From IMG/VR virus record IMGVR_UViG_3300031760_000026: a DNA stretch of 64,000 bases, one strand, 5' to 3'. Both the position numbers and the translations under genes were made by a program. This DNA is from a virus. Taxonomy: Duplodnaviria; Heunggongvirae; Uroviricota; Caudoviricetes. Below, in pieces: positions 9,701-18,732 of this stretch (the stretch's first letter is position 1; every line of letters starts with the position of its first letter). The notes under the pieces are model-generated. The model was given only the letters and a program-made list of their open reading frames with translations, was not told the DNA's origin and searched no databases.

Positions 9701-10759
9701 GTTAAAGAAGTCGTTAGTAGCTCCAAGCATTGACTTAGGAATATAATTTTCATATGCTTCTTTATCTTCTTCATATACTTTAAGGCAATGATATGCAATT
9801 GCCCCAAGTTCGAAGTCGATCTTTTTCATAAGTTGATTATATCTCTTATAAGGAATCTTCTTTTCAGTAGGGGAAACATCGATAAGCCTTCGAATAATAC
9901 CTGATTTACTATCTGTAATCCTGACTGGACTATTTGTTCCCATAAACAGCATTGCATGGAATCTCGTAGAATATAATTTAGAATACTTCTCATTCACGGT
10001 CATTTCTTCATGGGAAACCAAACTATTTAAACGAGTATTATCTTCAATTCTACTCAAATTACCATCATGCTGAATTCCAACTAATGGATTATTCTTGAAT
10101 GGTTCGAGAGCAAAAGCGTCCGTGCTACTTCCAAGTGCTTTGGCATCAAACGAAGCACAATATCCATTAAATAACTTTTGGATAATATTCAAGATAGTTG
10201 ACTTGCCAGTACCGGCGCTTCCATAAAAAACTAGAAACTTTTGAATTAACTTGCTATCACCATTCACAACAGATCCAATAGCCCATTCGATCTTATGTCG
10301 CTCTGGTGCAGAATATAAAGTTCCAACTAATTCATCCCAAGCTTCGATACTTCCTTCTTCCAATGCATAAGGCAATCTCATACTCGCATAGTCTTCTCTA
10401 TTTACCGGACTATTTGCAAATATCAATTTCTCATCAAGATTATGAAAGTTATCTCTCATTTGCTTCTGGCAATACTTGTGCCACTTGTCAATCATCCCAG
10501 TATCGCCATTCCACAAATATAAAACTTTTGCATCTGCCAAAGCAGGATTATTTTTCTTGTATTGATCTAACTCATGGTCGATTAAGTCTACTACATCATC
10601 CTGAGATTTAGACCATAAACCTTTATTCTCATCCCATATAGCATAAAAATCGCCGCCACGAATCATTAAATCTTTTGATGCCTTTGTGATAAATACTGGA
10701 TAGATTTCTGCAGGACCAGTCTTTTTCTGCTGTCGCCAAGTAACTTTTAGAAAATCCAC
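6764..10759 (-). CDS. Replicase fusion: SF3 (P4/D5-type) helicase, archaeo-eukaryotic primase (AEP), 3'-5' exonuclease and family B DNA polymerase
   Basis: SF3 motifs are Walker A FYGSAGTGKST and motif C FMGTNSP (aa ~180-280). AEP motifs are HIVIDFDLKD (DxD) and SGQGIHLHYIY (sxH) at aa ~520-560. Exo I is FYDVEVFPN and Exo II is YCDNDVIA. PolB motif A is DIASMHPTS, motif B is KIAINSVYG and motif C is HIKTDSIKI. Confidence 0.85.
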   Translation of the reverse strand: MDFLKVTWRQQKKTGPAEIYPVFITKASKDLMIRGGDFYAIWDENKGLWSKSQDDVVDLIDHELDQYKKNNPALADAKVLYLWNGDTGMIDKWHKYCQKQMRDNFHNLDEKLIFANSPVNREDYASMRLPYALEEGSIEAWDELVGTLYSAPERHKIEWAIGSVVNGDSKLIQKFLVFYGSAGTGKSTILNIIQKLFNGYCASFDAKALGSSTDAFALEPFKNNPLVGIQHDGNLSRIEDNTRLNSLVSHEEMTVNEKYSKLYSTRFHAMLFMGTNSPVRITDSKSGIIRRLIDVSPTEKKIPYKRYNQLMKKIDFELGAIAYHCLKVYEEDKEAYENYIPKSMLGATNDFFNYMEENFFDFRQADGVTLQQAWTRYKEYCEEAKVPYPYSKRLFKEELKNYFEHFDDRARDKDDNQVRNYYSGLKLSKFGIEEEQSNEQDISGAEELGNSEDRTWLQFVETKSPFDLEMATALAQYANPDTEGPWKKWDEVTTRLSDLDTSKLHYVRVPENHIVIDFDLKDREGNKSLERNIEAASKWPKTYAELSKSGQGIHLHYIYNGDVSKLSRIYEDGIEVKVFSGKSSLRRKLTKCAPLIFATISSGLPLRKEDKVVNFESIKNEKALRTIIRRSLAKEYAPHATVTSCEFIKKVLNDAYESGMHYDVTNLRPYIMTFAAKSSHHASDCLKMVDQMHFKSDEPSEAMESLEDFLIFYDVEVFPNLLLVNWKKEGEGNPVNRMINPSPNEIEDLIRFKLVGFNCRRYDNHILYARMLGYSESQIYELSQRIIGGSSNAFFGEAYDISYTDVYDFCAKKQSLKKWEIELDIHHQELGLPWDQPVPEELWEKVAEYCDNDVIATEAVFNARHEDFVAREILADISGLNVNATTNMHTTRIIFGSEKKPQSQFVYTDLSEMFPGYKYDHGKSTYRGEETGEGGYVYSEPGMYSNVALLDIASMHPTSIECLNLFGPYTKNFSDIKQARIYIKHKDFEAAGNLFGGKLSKYLTDGKQAKALSYALKIAINSVYGLTSATFENPFKDPRNIDNIVAKRGALFMINLKHEVQDRGYTVAHIKTDSIKIPDATPEIIEFVMNYGKQYGYTFEHEATYAKMCLVNDAVYIAKYDDGEHDFELPTGESVKTAWTATGTQFQVPYVFKTLFSKSAIGFRDMCETKTVTSALYLDMNENLPDVSEYEKHLDKICKEHGFDLIGIQNTAKAFAAGDMDISYQNEEYQSALKEAVDLYSRICSGHNYQFVGKAGSFCPIKPGCGGGILLREKNGKYSAATGTKGYRWMESEMVKTLHKEDDIDRRYYAAMVDEAITSISQYGDFEAFAS

Positions 10760-10789
10760 ATGTTATCCTCCTTTCCGGTCATCACGGAC

Positions 10790-11045
10790 CAAAAATCACT
10801 CATGTGACACTTTTTACACTTTTTCGCTTCTACTTTATATATAAATATTAATTTTTCCTCACGCAATGATAATAAAAAAGTGTCACAAGTGTCACAAAAC
10901 ACCCAAAAACTTTAATTTTACCCCATTTTTACCCTAAAATACCCCATTTTGAGGTCAAAATTGACCATTTTTGAGATATTTTTGTGACACTTTTTTCTGT
11001 CACAAAGTGCTCAAAAGTGTCATAAGTGTCACAAAACCTAATTTT
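10790..11045. promoter_or_regulatory. intergenic cluster of at least 7 copies of the palindrome GTGTCACA/TGTGACAC upstream of the replicase gene; candidate operator array and promoter
   Basis: Copies at ~10803, 10877, 10887, 10983, 10998, 11018 and 11027 (for example AAAAGTGTCACAAGTGTCACAAAAC) in an ORF-free 300-bp region. Confidence 0.6.
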
Positions 11046-11055
11046 TCTCAATTTT

Positions 11056-11568
11056 TCACCACATATACTTACTCTTCAAGTAGTAGTTCAGTTGATACCA
11101 CAACTCAATTTTTCGCATATCTCTTCGGAATCCTTCGACAAAGAATGGCCCGCCATATCCATCTCTATCATACTTTCTATCTAAAAATCGCTTCACAATT
11201 TCATCGAATCTGTCAATATCAAACGACCAATCATCGAGTGCATCTAGTCCTAAATTTTCAATCATATCCCAAAACCAAATGCTAGTTCTGTCACCTTCGT
11301 CAGGGTCGTACATAATATAATTTTCACACCCCATAGCAAGTGCCAGCATCATTTCGAATAGAGAACAAGGGCCCTCCTTTTCACAGAAGAGCCCAGTCTC
11401 ATCCTCATAGATTCCTCTTAATTGCTCGCCATCAACAGCTCGATTTCCGTCATTTGAAACCGACCAATAGAAGTCCTCAGAATATAATGCGAGTGTCATT
11501 TTCTGGTATAAAATACGCCGTTCGTAATCTGGGATAGCTACCTCACATAGCCACTCATAGTAGGTCAA
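11056..11568 (-). CDS. hypothetical protein
   Basis: 170-aa ORF, Trp/Tyr-rich. No motif recognised. Confidence 0.4.
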   Translation of the reverse strand: MTYYEWLCEVAIPDYERRILYQKMTLALYSEDFYWSVSNDGNRAVDGEQLRGIYEDETGLFCEKEGPCSLFEMMLALAMGCENYIMYDPDEGDRTSIWFWDMIENLGLDALDDWSFDIDRFDEIVKRFLDRKYDRDGYGGPFFVEGFRRDMRKIELWYQLNYYLKSKYMW

Positions 11569-12326
11569 TCATACTCCCCGGAGAGCATCGCAAAGTCTCG
11601 GTACTGTCGAATTACCTCGTAATCAGCACTTCTTTTTTCATTGCGAATATAAACCACATCGGGTTCAAACTCCCCAATTCTATCCAAGTTTTTCATTCCT
11701 ACAGTTCCATTTACATCCTCAATTATCTCTTCGGTTTCGGATGCAAGAACCCCATCATCATATAAGAACAGCGTAATTTTATCGAAATAAGGCTCTTCAT
11801 TCACAAATTTATCAGATGCTGTACTGTCCTTATCGTCCTCTAAAACGTAAGGTCCAGAGGCATCTTGTGATGGTGTAGTATCGAGAATATCAGGATCATC
11901 TTCGTCTTTCTCATTCTCATAAGTAATCTCAAGATCCTCATTTTCATCATACCCATTGTGAATATCTTTAGCCTTTGGCGGGTTAGAAAACAGGTTGTAC
12001 TCAGTTTTATGTGTATTTACATATACGCCATCATAACCGTTTTCTTTAGAAATATTACTATTTGTTATCATTGCCTCTTTTTCTCTCGCATTACGGATTG
12101 CCCGATCACGAGGAGATTCATTTTCATTTGCGACACTTTTTTCTGAATTCTTTTCGACGTTATTTTCAGAATTTCTGTCATTTCCGTCATATTTAGCGGC
12201 ATAAACCTGCTTTACACTGGCGATTTCAGCCTCAATTCGCTGTTCCATGCGTCTATTCATGACAACATAGGTGCCGATGCAGCCACCGATTACACCGCCT
12301 ACAAAATATAAAATTTTCGAGTCCAT
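11565..12326 (-). CDS. hypothetical membrane-anchored acidic protein
   Basis: N-terminal TM helix (ILYFVGGVIGGCIGTYVVM) followed by a long acidic, low-complexity region. Confidence 0.4.
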   Translation of the reverse strand: MDSKILYFVGGVIGGCIGTYVVMNRRMEQRIEAEIASVKQVYAAKYDGNDRNSENNVEKNSEKSVANENESPRDRAIRNAREKEAMITNSNISKENGYDGVYVNTHKTEYNLFSNPPKAKDIHNGYDENEDLEITYENEKDEDDPDILDTTPSQDASGPYVLEDDKDSTASDKFVNEEPYFDKITLFLYDDGVLASETEEIIEDVNGTVGMKNLDRIGEFEPDVVYIRNEKRSADYEVIRQYRDFAMLSGEYD

Positions 12327-12397
12327 ACTCCTTGCCTTTCTGTATTAAGTTGTGTTTTTATTACGTTTTGATAACAGGATGTAATCAAAATATCTAA

Positions 12398-13324
12398 TTA
12401 AATCATATCCCAAATCGGTCCATCTACATTGAAGTTTAGATGAATGTTCTGCTTGCACAAGTCACTATCTGTCCGATAATCACGAATGAAACCGTCCAAA
12501 TAACCGAAGTCAATGTAATCATCTCCAGCTCCCTTGATCCAACCACAAACCTGGCCAGCAGGAGTACGCTTCAGACCAAGATGATCCAAGACCTCATTAA
12601 GAAAGACATGGCCTCTTGCCTGGAGCAGATCATTAAAGTAATTCTGACTATTTCTAAGAAACATTTCGCTATAATCCGGATTAGCATTCCAAGTCAGAGG
12701 GGCAGTATGGCGATTAAAATCGAATTCATAAGGAGATTTACTGCCATTTCCGAACACCATATTATGGCCGTTCTTTGTAACAATTTCCCCATTTTCATCC
12801 TCAATTTGAATATCTTTTTCAACTTTTCCGTCAGCCATGAGAACTTTTTCCGCATCTTCGCCAATAAGCTCCTTAACACGCCCTCTATAGCCCGTAAAAG
12901 CCTCGTTAAGCGCTCCTAGGGCTGCCGTCGTATTGAGATACCTGTTATTTAAAATGCCGTGAGAAAGCAAAATAAGGGCAATAGAGGCCACTTCCAAACC
13001 GACCACAGGAGCCAGTGCACGAGCAACTCTCCATACCATTTTGTTATAGGCACGCCAAGTCATCTGCTTGACTTCCTTAACTTCTTCCTTCGTAGGATTC
13101 TCTTTTTTGTCCAGTTCATTACGCTTGGTCTGAATATCATCCAGATCCTTATGGGCATCGTCAATGGCCTCACGAATCTTCTTAGCTCTCATGACGCCAA
13201 CAACGACAGCGCCAATACCACAAGCAACACCACCAGCAAGAGCCAACTCAGGACTAATCTTGCGGAGTTTCATATATCCCTTAAACATTACAGTTTTCAC
13301 TGTGCCAAAATTAATAGCGTTCAT
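12398..13324 (-). CDS. hypothetical membrane protein
   Basis: Two predicted TM helices (GGVACGIGAVVVGV; LAPVVGLEVASIALILL) plus a soluble domain. Confidence 0.4.
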   Translation of the reverse strand: MNAINFGTVKTVMFKGYMKLRKISPELALAGGVACGIGAVVVGVMRAKKIREAIDDAHKDLDDIQTKRNELDKKENPTKEEVKEVKQMTWRAYNKMVWRVARALAPVVGLEVASIALILLSHGILNNRYLNTTAALGALNEAFTGYRGRVKELIGEDAEKVLMADGKVEKDIQIEDENGEIVTKNGHNMVFGNGSKSPYEFDFNRHTAPLTWNANPDYSEMFLRNSQNYFNDLLQARGHVFLNEVLDHLGLKRTPAGQVCGWIKGAGDDYIDFGYLDGFIRDYRTDSDLCKQNIHLNFNVDGPIWDMI

Positions 13325-13355
13325 AAATATAATTCCTTTCTACACAAATTCTTAA

Positions 13356-14006
13356 TTACTCAAGAGCCATGCAGCGTGGGAGATCCACAAAATATCCACG
13401 ACTCGCATTTCCAATCACACGAGCACCACGCAGATCTGTCCAACCCCACTTATTATCAGTAAACTCAGTTGTCACACCGGCAAGATCATAAAAGTCTGCA
13501 ACGGTGACCTGCTTGTAGTCACCAAGGATCTCAAGCATGTTATCAAGCACTAATTCAGCCTCTCCACGGCTCTCAAAGCGAATATCATCAAATTCATGAA
13601 CCCCTCTGGAACGAATGTCACGAGGCATACGCTCGCTTCTAGCGCCAGAGTTAAAATATCCACCATAGTTTACTTTGGAGCCCGTAGAGGAGCCTCCAGA
13701 GCGTCTAGGAGGCCTTCTAACAGCCTCTCCGAAGAATATCATGCCGACTGCCGAATTAATCAGATCAGCAATGTTCTCCTTGATAGCCGGGACCAGCACA
13801 TCATACAGCAAATATGATTTGACGTCCCCAACATTCTCATCTACAAACACGTCAAAGAATCTTCGCCCAATACTTTTCTTAGTCCTGGTCGCCGATCCCT
13901 GAACCACCTTCTCAACTTTCTTTGCCACGGCGCTTTCCTTAGCCTCTTGCTCCTCATGGTATTTACGAGAGTTTGGCTTGAAATCCTGGATATCAACTTC
14001 TGCCAT
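13356..14006 (-). CDS. hypothetical protein
   Basis: 216-aa ORF with coding-like composition. Basic/Gly-rich middle region. Confidence 0.4.
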   Translation of the reverse strand: MAEVDIQDFKPNSRKYHEEQEAKESAVAKKVEKVVQGSATRTKKSIGRRFFDVFVDENVGDVKSYLLYDVLVPAIKENIADLINSAVGMIFFGEAVRRPPRRSGGSSTGSKVNYGGYFNSGARSERMPRDIRSRGVHEFDDIRFESRGEAELVLDNMLEILGDYKQVTVADFYDLAGVTTEFTDNKWGWTDLRGARVIGNASRGYFVDLPRCMALE

Positions 14007-14110
14007 AATTACATTTCCTCCTTATAAGTTTTTGGCAAAAATTAAAGAGGCTGGGAATTCCCAACCCCTCTCATTATTAACTATGTATTTTTTGCGAATT
14101 ACATCGCGGT

Positions 14111-14929
14111 TTAGCACCTAAATGGCATTTCGTCTTTTGGCAATTCATTAGGATGAATCTCATAATCCATCTCAAAATATGTATTGCCATCAGGTTTTTC
14201 CACTTTTATGGGAACGAATGTGATCCAAGCTGCTCTGGAGGGACTATAGTCAATCGCCTCCAGGAACATCTCGTCATCCATGCTCCAACCAATAATTTCT
14301 CCTAGTTTCGTTTTCTTGCACCCATCGTATAAAGCTAAAATATCATTTAGTTTAACTTTGTAAGTCTGCTGCAGCATCTTATTGGCGGTCAGTTCGGCCC
14401 ACAGGATTTCTTGCTGAGACGCTCGAAACCACTGCTTTGTATATGGCTCATAGATAGTCATCTTAGTAGATTCCTTAGGCTCCCAAGGAGGACGCTCATC
14501 TTCCAATTTCTTTTCGGCAATATCTTTTTTGAGGTCCTCAAGAGCGTCTTCGCCATACTTTTCCTTGATAGCCTCTTTAAGTTCGCCTTCGGATGCTTTG
14601 TAAAATGCTACAGCCGCTGCCATGGCACCCTCTTTACTTAGATGCCAGTAGTTTACACCGACAACACAGGCAATAGTGCCGACTCCAACAACTGTCGGTA
14701 TAATATAATTCTTAAAATGCTTTTTAGTTACTTTTTTCTTAATTTCCTTAATTGGCGTTTCACTATTCTCTGGACGTTTGACTTCCGAGGCAATTTCCAT
14801 TGTGACTTTTTCAGTTGCCTTATGCGTCAAATATCCAGTAAGTACCACACCTACTGCTGCTATACCAGTGAGGATAGATGGCCCATGCTTTTCAAGAACA
14901 TTGCCAATCAATTTTAAATTAATTTTCAT
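14111..14929 (-). CDS. hypothetical membrane protein
   Basis: Two TM helices near the N-terminus, then a charged soluble domain. Confidence 0.4.
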   Translation of the reverse strand: MKINLKLIGNVLEKHGPSILTGIAAVGVVLTGYLTHKATEKVTMEIASEVKRPENSETPIKEIKKKVTKKHFKNYIIPTVVGVGTIACVVGVNYWHLSKEGAMAAAVAFYKASEGELKEAIKEKYGEDALEDLKKDIAEKKLEDERPPWEPKESTKMTIYEPYTKQWFRASQQEILWAELTANKMLQQTYKVKLNDILALYDGCKKTKLGEIIGWSMDDEMFLEAIDYSPSRAAWITFVPIKVEKPDGNTYFEMDYEIHPNELPKDEMPFRC

Positions 14930-14964
14930 ATATGCTCTCCTTTCTTATGGTCTTGCCAACTTAT

Positions 14965-15153
14965 TTACACTCTTCCTCGATAGTCATCCCGAATATCAAT
15001 AGTGACACTCGGAGAGTGCTGCATGATTTCATAGATGCAGTTACAGGCGATAATAAAGCTTTGGTCATCAGCTTTTACAGTTTTCAAGTTTTGAATTTCT
15101 TTCGCCATGTAATCCGCATCTACGTAAGTTTTCATCTTGGGCATGTCTGTCAT
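14965..15153 (-). CDS. hypothetical small protein
   Basis: 62-aa ORF abutting neighbouring genes. Confidence 0.3.
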   Translation of the reverse strand: MTDMPKMKTYVDADYMAKEIQNLKTVKADDQSFIIACNCIYEIMQHSPSVTIDIRDDYRGRV

Positions 15154-15428
15154 TTAAGTTCCTCCGGCGCCTTAAGCTCTTCCAAAAATATCATTACTTG
15201 CTTTTCGACTTGCCGCTTGATTATAAAGTCGCTAAGTGCCCCGCTTTCATAGTAAGGCCTAAGCGTGAATACCCGATGAAAGTCAGTAGGCTTGTAATCG
15301 AGTCTAACGTCGTATTCAATATAGGATAAGTCATGTGGATCTATTCGGCAGGAGAAGTCATTTGGGTCAAAACCGGCTTTCAAAGCCAGCTCACTCAAAA
15401 TTGCAAATATAATAGCCGAGATGCTCAT
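15150..15428 (-). CDS. hypothetical protein
   Basis: 92-aa ORF. Its start/stop overlaps the neighbours by 4 nt (operon-like coupling). Confidence 0.35.
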   Translation of the reverse strand: MSISAIIFAILSELALKAGFDPNDFSCRIDPHDLSYIEYDVRLDYKPTDFHRVFTLRPYYESGALSDFIIKRQVEKQVMIFLEELKAPEELK

Positions 15429-16279
15429 TCTTTTTCTTCTAACTCTTTCTTAGGAATATACTTTTTGAATTTGTTCTCATCACCAACGCCAAAGTCCTCG
15501 AAGCTCATACCATACTCTTTCATGCGCTCCAGAATAGCGTCAGCCAATTCCCGCTCGTACTTATGATCAACATAGTTAAAGAATCGAATAGCAGACTTCA
15601 CATGATCAGCATCCGGCAGAGGGAACTTTTTCTGCTCAGGCACACCAAATTTCTTGTCGTCTTCTTTTTCTTCCTTATCGGCATGCTCCACGACTTCGTC
15701 AGTATTTTTAGGTTCCTCGTCTTCTTCAATAAGAATCTTCTTCATTTCTTCAAGAATATAATTCACCGTCCGTCTAGTCCTCTTATGGAAACGAATCCAA
15801 TCCTTATGCTCATCCCACCACTTAAAAATAGTAGTCAGATCATCGGCCCTCCAGCTGAAAGACCACCAGTCACAGATCATCTCGAAAATATAACTGAGCG
15901 GCATCTCAATAATCTTCTCGCCATCACCCTTGCTATCATCCGTAAGAACCCAATACTGCCAATGATGCGGATTCCGATGCATATGGATAAGGAAGGCTTT
16001 ATTGAATTTGTCTACAACAAAGGAAGAACGATTGTCTTTTTTCAGATAAAAGTAGTCGTCATAAGGGAAATACTCTTCTGGGTCAGTCTTAGATGCATCA
16101 TGATACTGTACAAGTTCCCGAATCTCAAAAATATCAATCGGATCAAACTCTTCCTGATACTGCTCACGAATCCAGCTATCAAAACTCTCTCTATTTAGAA
16201 GATTTTCCTCCATCCATGCCCAGCCTTTCTGGACAGCTCCAATATGTTCTTTCAGGTATTCATCATACGCTAAACTCAT
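15425..16279 (-). CDS. hypothetical protein with a His-rich cluster (HMHRNPHHWQYW)
   Basis: 284 aa with a QYHDASKTDP ... HMHRNPHHW motif that may bind metal. Lys/Glu-rich C-terminus. Confidence 0.35.
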   Translation of the reverse strand: MSLAYDEYLKEHIGAVQKGWAWMEENLLNRESFDSWIREQYQEEFDPIDIFEIRELVQYHDASKTDPEEYFPYDDYFYLKKDNRSSFVVDKFNKAFLIHMHRNPHHWQYWVLTDDSKGDGEKIIEMPLSYIFEMICDWWSFSWRADDLTTIFKWWDEHKDWIRFHKRTRRTVNYILEEMKKILIEEDEEPKNTDEVVEHADKEEKEDDKKFGVPEQKKFPLPDADHVKSAIRFFNYVDHKYERELADAILERMKEYGMSFEDFGVGDENKFKKYIPKKELEEKE

Positions 16280-16323
16280 TTGTTTACCTCCAAAATATAA
16301 TTAGAAAAAGAAAGAGGGATGCA

Positions 16324-16647
16324 TTAAGCTCCCTCAGTCTTGTTAGCTTCAACAGTTACATCTTTTTCGTCTTTCTTAAGAATATCAATGTATTCCTTTG
16401 TCTGGTCAACAACAGCCTGGATCTGATCAAATTGCGTGTCGACAACATCGCTCACAGGTTTATCGATACACATCGCGACAACACAGCTTCCTACGTACGC
16501 AGCAACTTTATAGATAATGCTCACGTTTACAGGAACCACTGCAGCCACGATACCTCCGATCATCATCTGAGTGCTCGCCGTCCCAGCAAGTTTGATAAGA
16601 CCCTTCACTTTATCAATTTTTCTAGCCATATTATTTACTCCTTTCAA
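16324..16647 (-). CDS. small membrane protein
   Basis: 107 aa with two hydrophobic helices. Confidence 0.35.
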   Translation of the reverse strand: MKGVNNMARKIDKVKGLIKLAGTASTQMMIGGIVAAVVPVNVSIIYKVAAYVGSCVVAMCIDKPVSDVVDTQFDQIQAVVDQTKEYIDILKKDEKDVTVEANKTEGA

Positions 16648-16697
16648 GATTCAAATATAATTCCTGTCATTATAGACGGTGTAAAAGTTGCGGGTTA

Positions 16698-17237
16698 TTA
16701 GGATTTCTCCCAGCACCAAATAAAGTCGGAAATGGCCTTTGCTGTTTCCCAACAATAGACATTAGGAATTTGCATTTGGTAGAAATTTACTTTTGCCTCA
16801 AAGCATGGACTAAATGATCTAACATCATTACTTAATCGTTGACGTATTTTTTCAGGAGAATCTCCCCTTAATTCCATTCTCTTTTGGCATTCATCAAGAT
16901 CCACCAGAAGACGAATGGCAATTACTCCTTTATTTCCATGATACTTTTGCCTCAGATAATCAACTCCATATGGATCAATCACGTAAATATCATTTTGGTC
17001 AATTACTTCAGGAGTGACTCCATAGCGATGCCCATCGTATTCCGTATAGGCGCACATCTCACCAAGAGCATCAAACTCCTCATCAGACACAAAAATATGC
17101 CCTTCCTCATTTGGATAACGAGGAGGGCGTGTCGTGTAGGATTCAACAAGATTCAATCCATAATCACGCTCGAGGATTTTAGAAATAGTCGACTTGCCAG
17201 ATCCAGAAGGCCCGACAATACAGTAAATGTTTTTCAT
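16698..17237 (-). CDS. guanylate-kinase-like nucleoside monophosphate kinase
   Basis: GPSGSGKSTI (P-loop) ... SYTTRPPRYPNEEGHIFVSDEEF matches the Gmk signature S.TTR..R.GE.DG..Y.FV. Confidence 0.6.
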   Translation of the reverse strand: MKNIYCIVGPSGSGKSTISKILERDYGLNLVESYTTRPPRYPNEEGHIFVSDEEFDALGEMCAYTEYDGHRYGVTPEVIDQNDIYVIDPYGVDYLRQKYHGNKGVIAIRLLVDLDECQKRMELRGDSPEKIRQRLSNDVRSFSPCFEAKVNFYQMQIPNVYCWETAKAISDFIWCWEKS

Positions 17238-17584
17238 GATCCAAAATACACTCCAAAAATTACACTTAAATATAATGTCTCATAACTGACTCGACCTTTC
17301 TGAGCAGCGACTAACTTATTGATTGCATCAGCCTCATCACGAGAGCATCCTTTGGACATAGCCCATTTTCGAAAGGACTTCTTTGTATGCTTAGATTTCA
17401 ATTTGCATTTTGCAGTAAATTCGACGTCGTCTAAATATAATTGCTTATTAGACCATTTTTCTTCAAGTGGTTCATTTACAGTTTCAATATTTACAGTTTT
17501 CAGGCCTTTCCAAGTAACTGATTCGCCAGTATATGTTGACAAAATCAATCCTTCTTGTTCTGAGACTGACTCCCTAATTAGCAT
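17234..17584 (-). CDS. hypothetical protein
   Basis: 116-aa ORF, translationally coupled to neighbours. Confidence 0.35.
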   Translation of the reverse strand: MLIRESVSEQEGLILSTYTGESVTWKGLKTVNIETVNEPLEEKWSNKQLYLDDVEFTAKCKLKSKHTKKSFRKWAMSKGCSRDEADAINKLVAAQKGRVSYETLYLSVIFGVYFGS

Positions 17585-18189
17585 TACTTCAGTCCCTCCA
17601 AACTCTCTCGAAGCTCCTTAAGCCACTGATTCGTCACAGCAACGCTCATAGTTTGCCTAGTTGTCTGATCTCTCCAGTAAGAAATATCATTATTAAGTCG
17701 ATTAATTTGGTTTCTATACCAATCATCATCTGAAATGCTTTGGATCTTCTTAATTTCCTTTTCAATATCACAAGTATTTTCTCTAGATATTCCGAGCTGC
17801 TCAATAGCAAAATATCTAAGGTTATTGATGCTATCATGCTTAGGCTGCCAAGCTTCAAGCTTCTTAGTCATTTCAGTAAGCCTGGAGTTTTCAAGAGTTA
17901 GCTTTTCATGAAATTCCTTCTCAGATTTGATCTTATCCTGTCTCCATTTCTCAGCCTCTCTATGAATGTCATTCTCATCCATCACAAGAAGTTCGGACAA
18001 TTCCTTCTTGGCTTTTTCGTAAAGATTTTGATAGTAATCATCTTTTTGTCTGGTCTCTGGAATAGGAGTGTCCATCGGCTCATCTCGTATAAAGGCAAGA
18101 TAGTCAATTTCCCGAGCACATCTCAAAATATAATCCTTCGCCGAGGTCATCTTTCCATCCATAACAGGTTCTGTATACCAAGTGGGCAT
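17584..18189 (-). CDS. hypothetical coiled-coil protein
   Basis: 201 aa, rich in Glu/Lys/Arg heptad-like segments. Confidence 0.35.
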   Translation of the reverse strand: MPTWYTEPVMDGKMTSAKDYILRCAREIDYLAFIRDEPMDTPIPETRQKDDYYQNLYEKAKKELSELLVMDENDIHREAEKWRQDKIKSEKEFHEKLTLENSRLTEMTKKLEAWQPKHDSINNLRYFAIEQLGISRENTCDIEKEIKKIQSISDDDWYRNQINRLNNDISYWRDQTTRQTMSVAVTNQWLKELRESLEGLK

Positions 18190-18204
18190 ATGCTAAGTCC
18201 TCCT

Positions 18205-18732
18205 TTAGTCGAAAGATCTATATGCAGGAAGGGATAGCTCCCATGTTTCATCATCAAATGGAATAATATCTCTTGTAGGCCTTACTCCTACAATATCACT
18301 TTCTTTCCAGCCAATTTTATTAAATGTAAATTTATTAGGAACCATCGTGTCCGGCCTTAAATCGCATAAGTCTGCTATAGTGACAGTTCCATATGTTTTG
18401 GCGAGATCCTGAAGATCCGCAAGTATAATTTCTGCAGCACTACGGCTATCAAATGTAAGCAATTTATTTAGATCTTCTGGCGAAATGTGTCCATCATATT
18501 GAATTTTCGGCTTATACCGGTAAGTTGGTTTATGGCCGTTTCTTCTATTTGAATGCATTTCTCCACCATAAAACAAAATATCAAGTTTATTGATCACAAG
18601 TTCATGGAAGTAATCTGAATAACTAATTCTATTCGGATTATAAGGTTTATAGGTGTGCACTTTTGTAAGAGTGTACTTATTACTAAGAAAATATCCGACT
18701 CCTACCAGCCCAAGTCCTTTCAAGAGATTCAT
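18205..18732 (-). CDS. hypothetical protein
   Basis: 175-aa ORF directly downstream of the ATPase gene. Confidence 0.35.
   Translation of the reverse strand: MNLLKGLGLVGVGYFLSNKYTLTKVHTYKPYNPNRISYSDYFHELVINKLDILFYGGEMHSNRRNGHKPTYRYKPKIQYDGHISPEDLNKLLTFDSRSAAEIILADLQDLAKTYGTVTIADLCDLRPDTMVPNKFTFNKIGWKESDIVGVRPTRDIIPFDDETWELSLPAYRSFD

Noticed and set aside
6764-10759. Protein-primed (terminal-protein) replication, suggested by the PolB and the window-edge repeats
   Set aside because: The polymerase is fused to a bona fide AEP primase and SF3 helicase, and no terminal-protein-like gene or inverted terminal repeats were recognised in the window.
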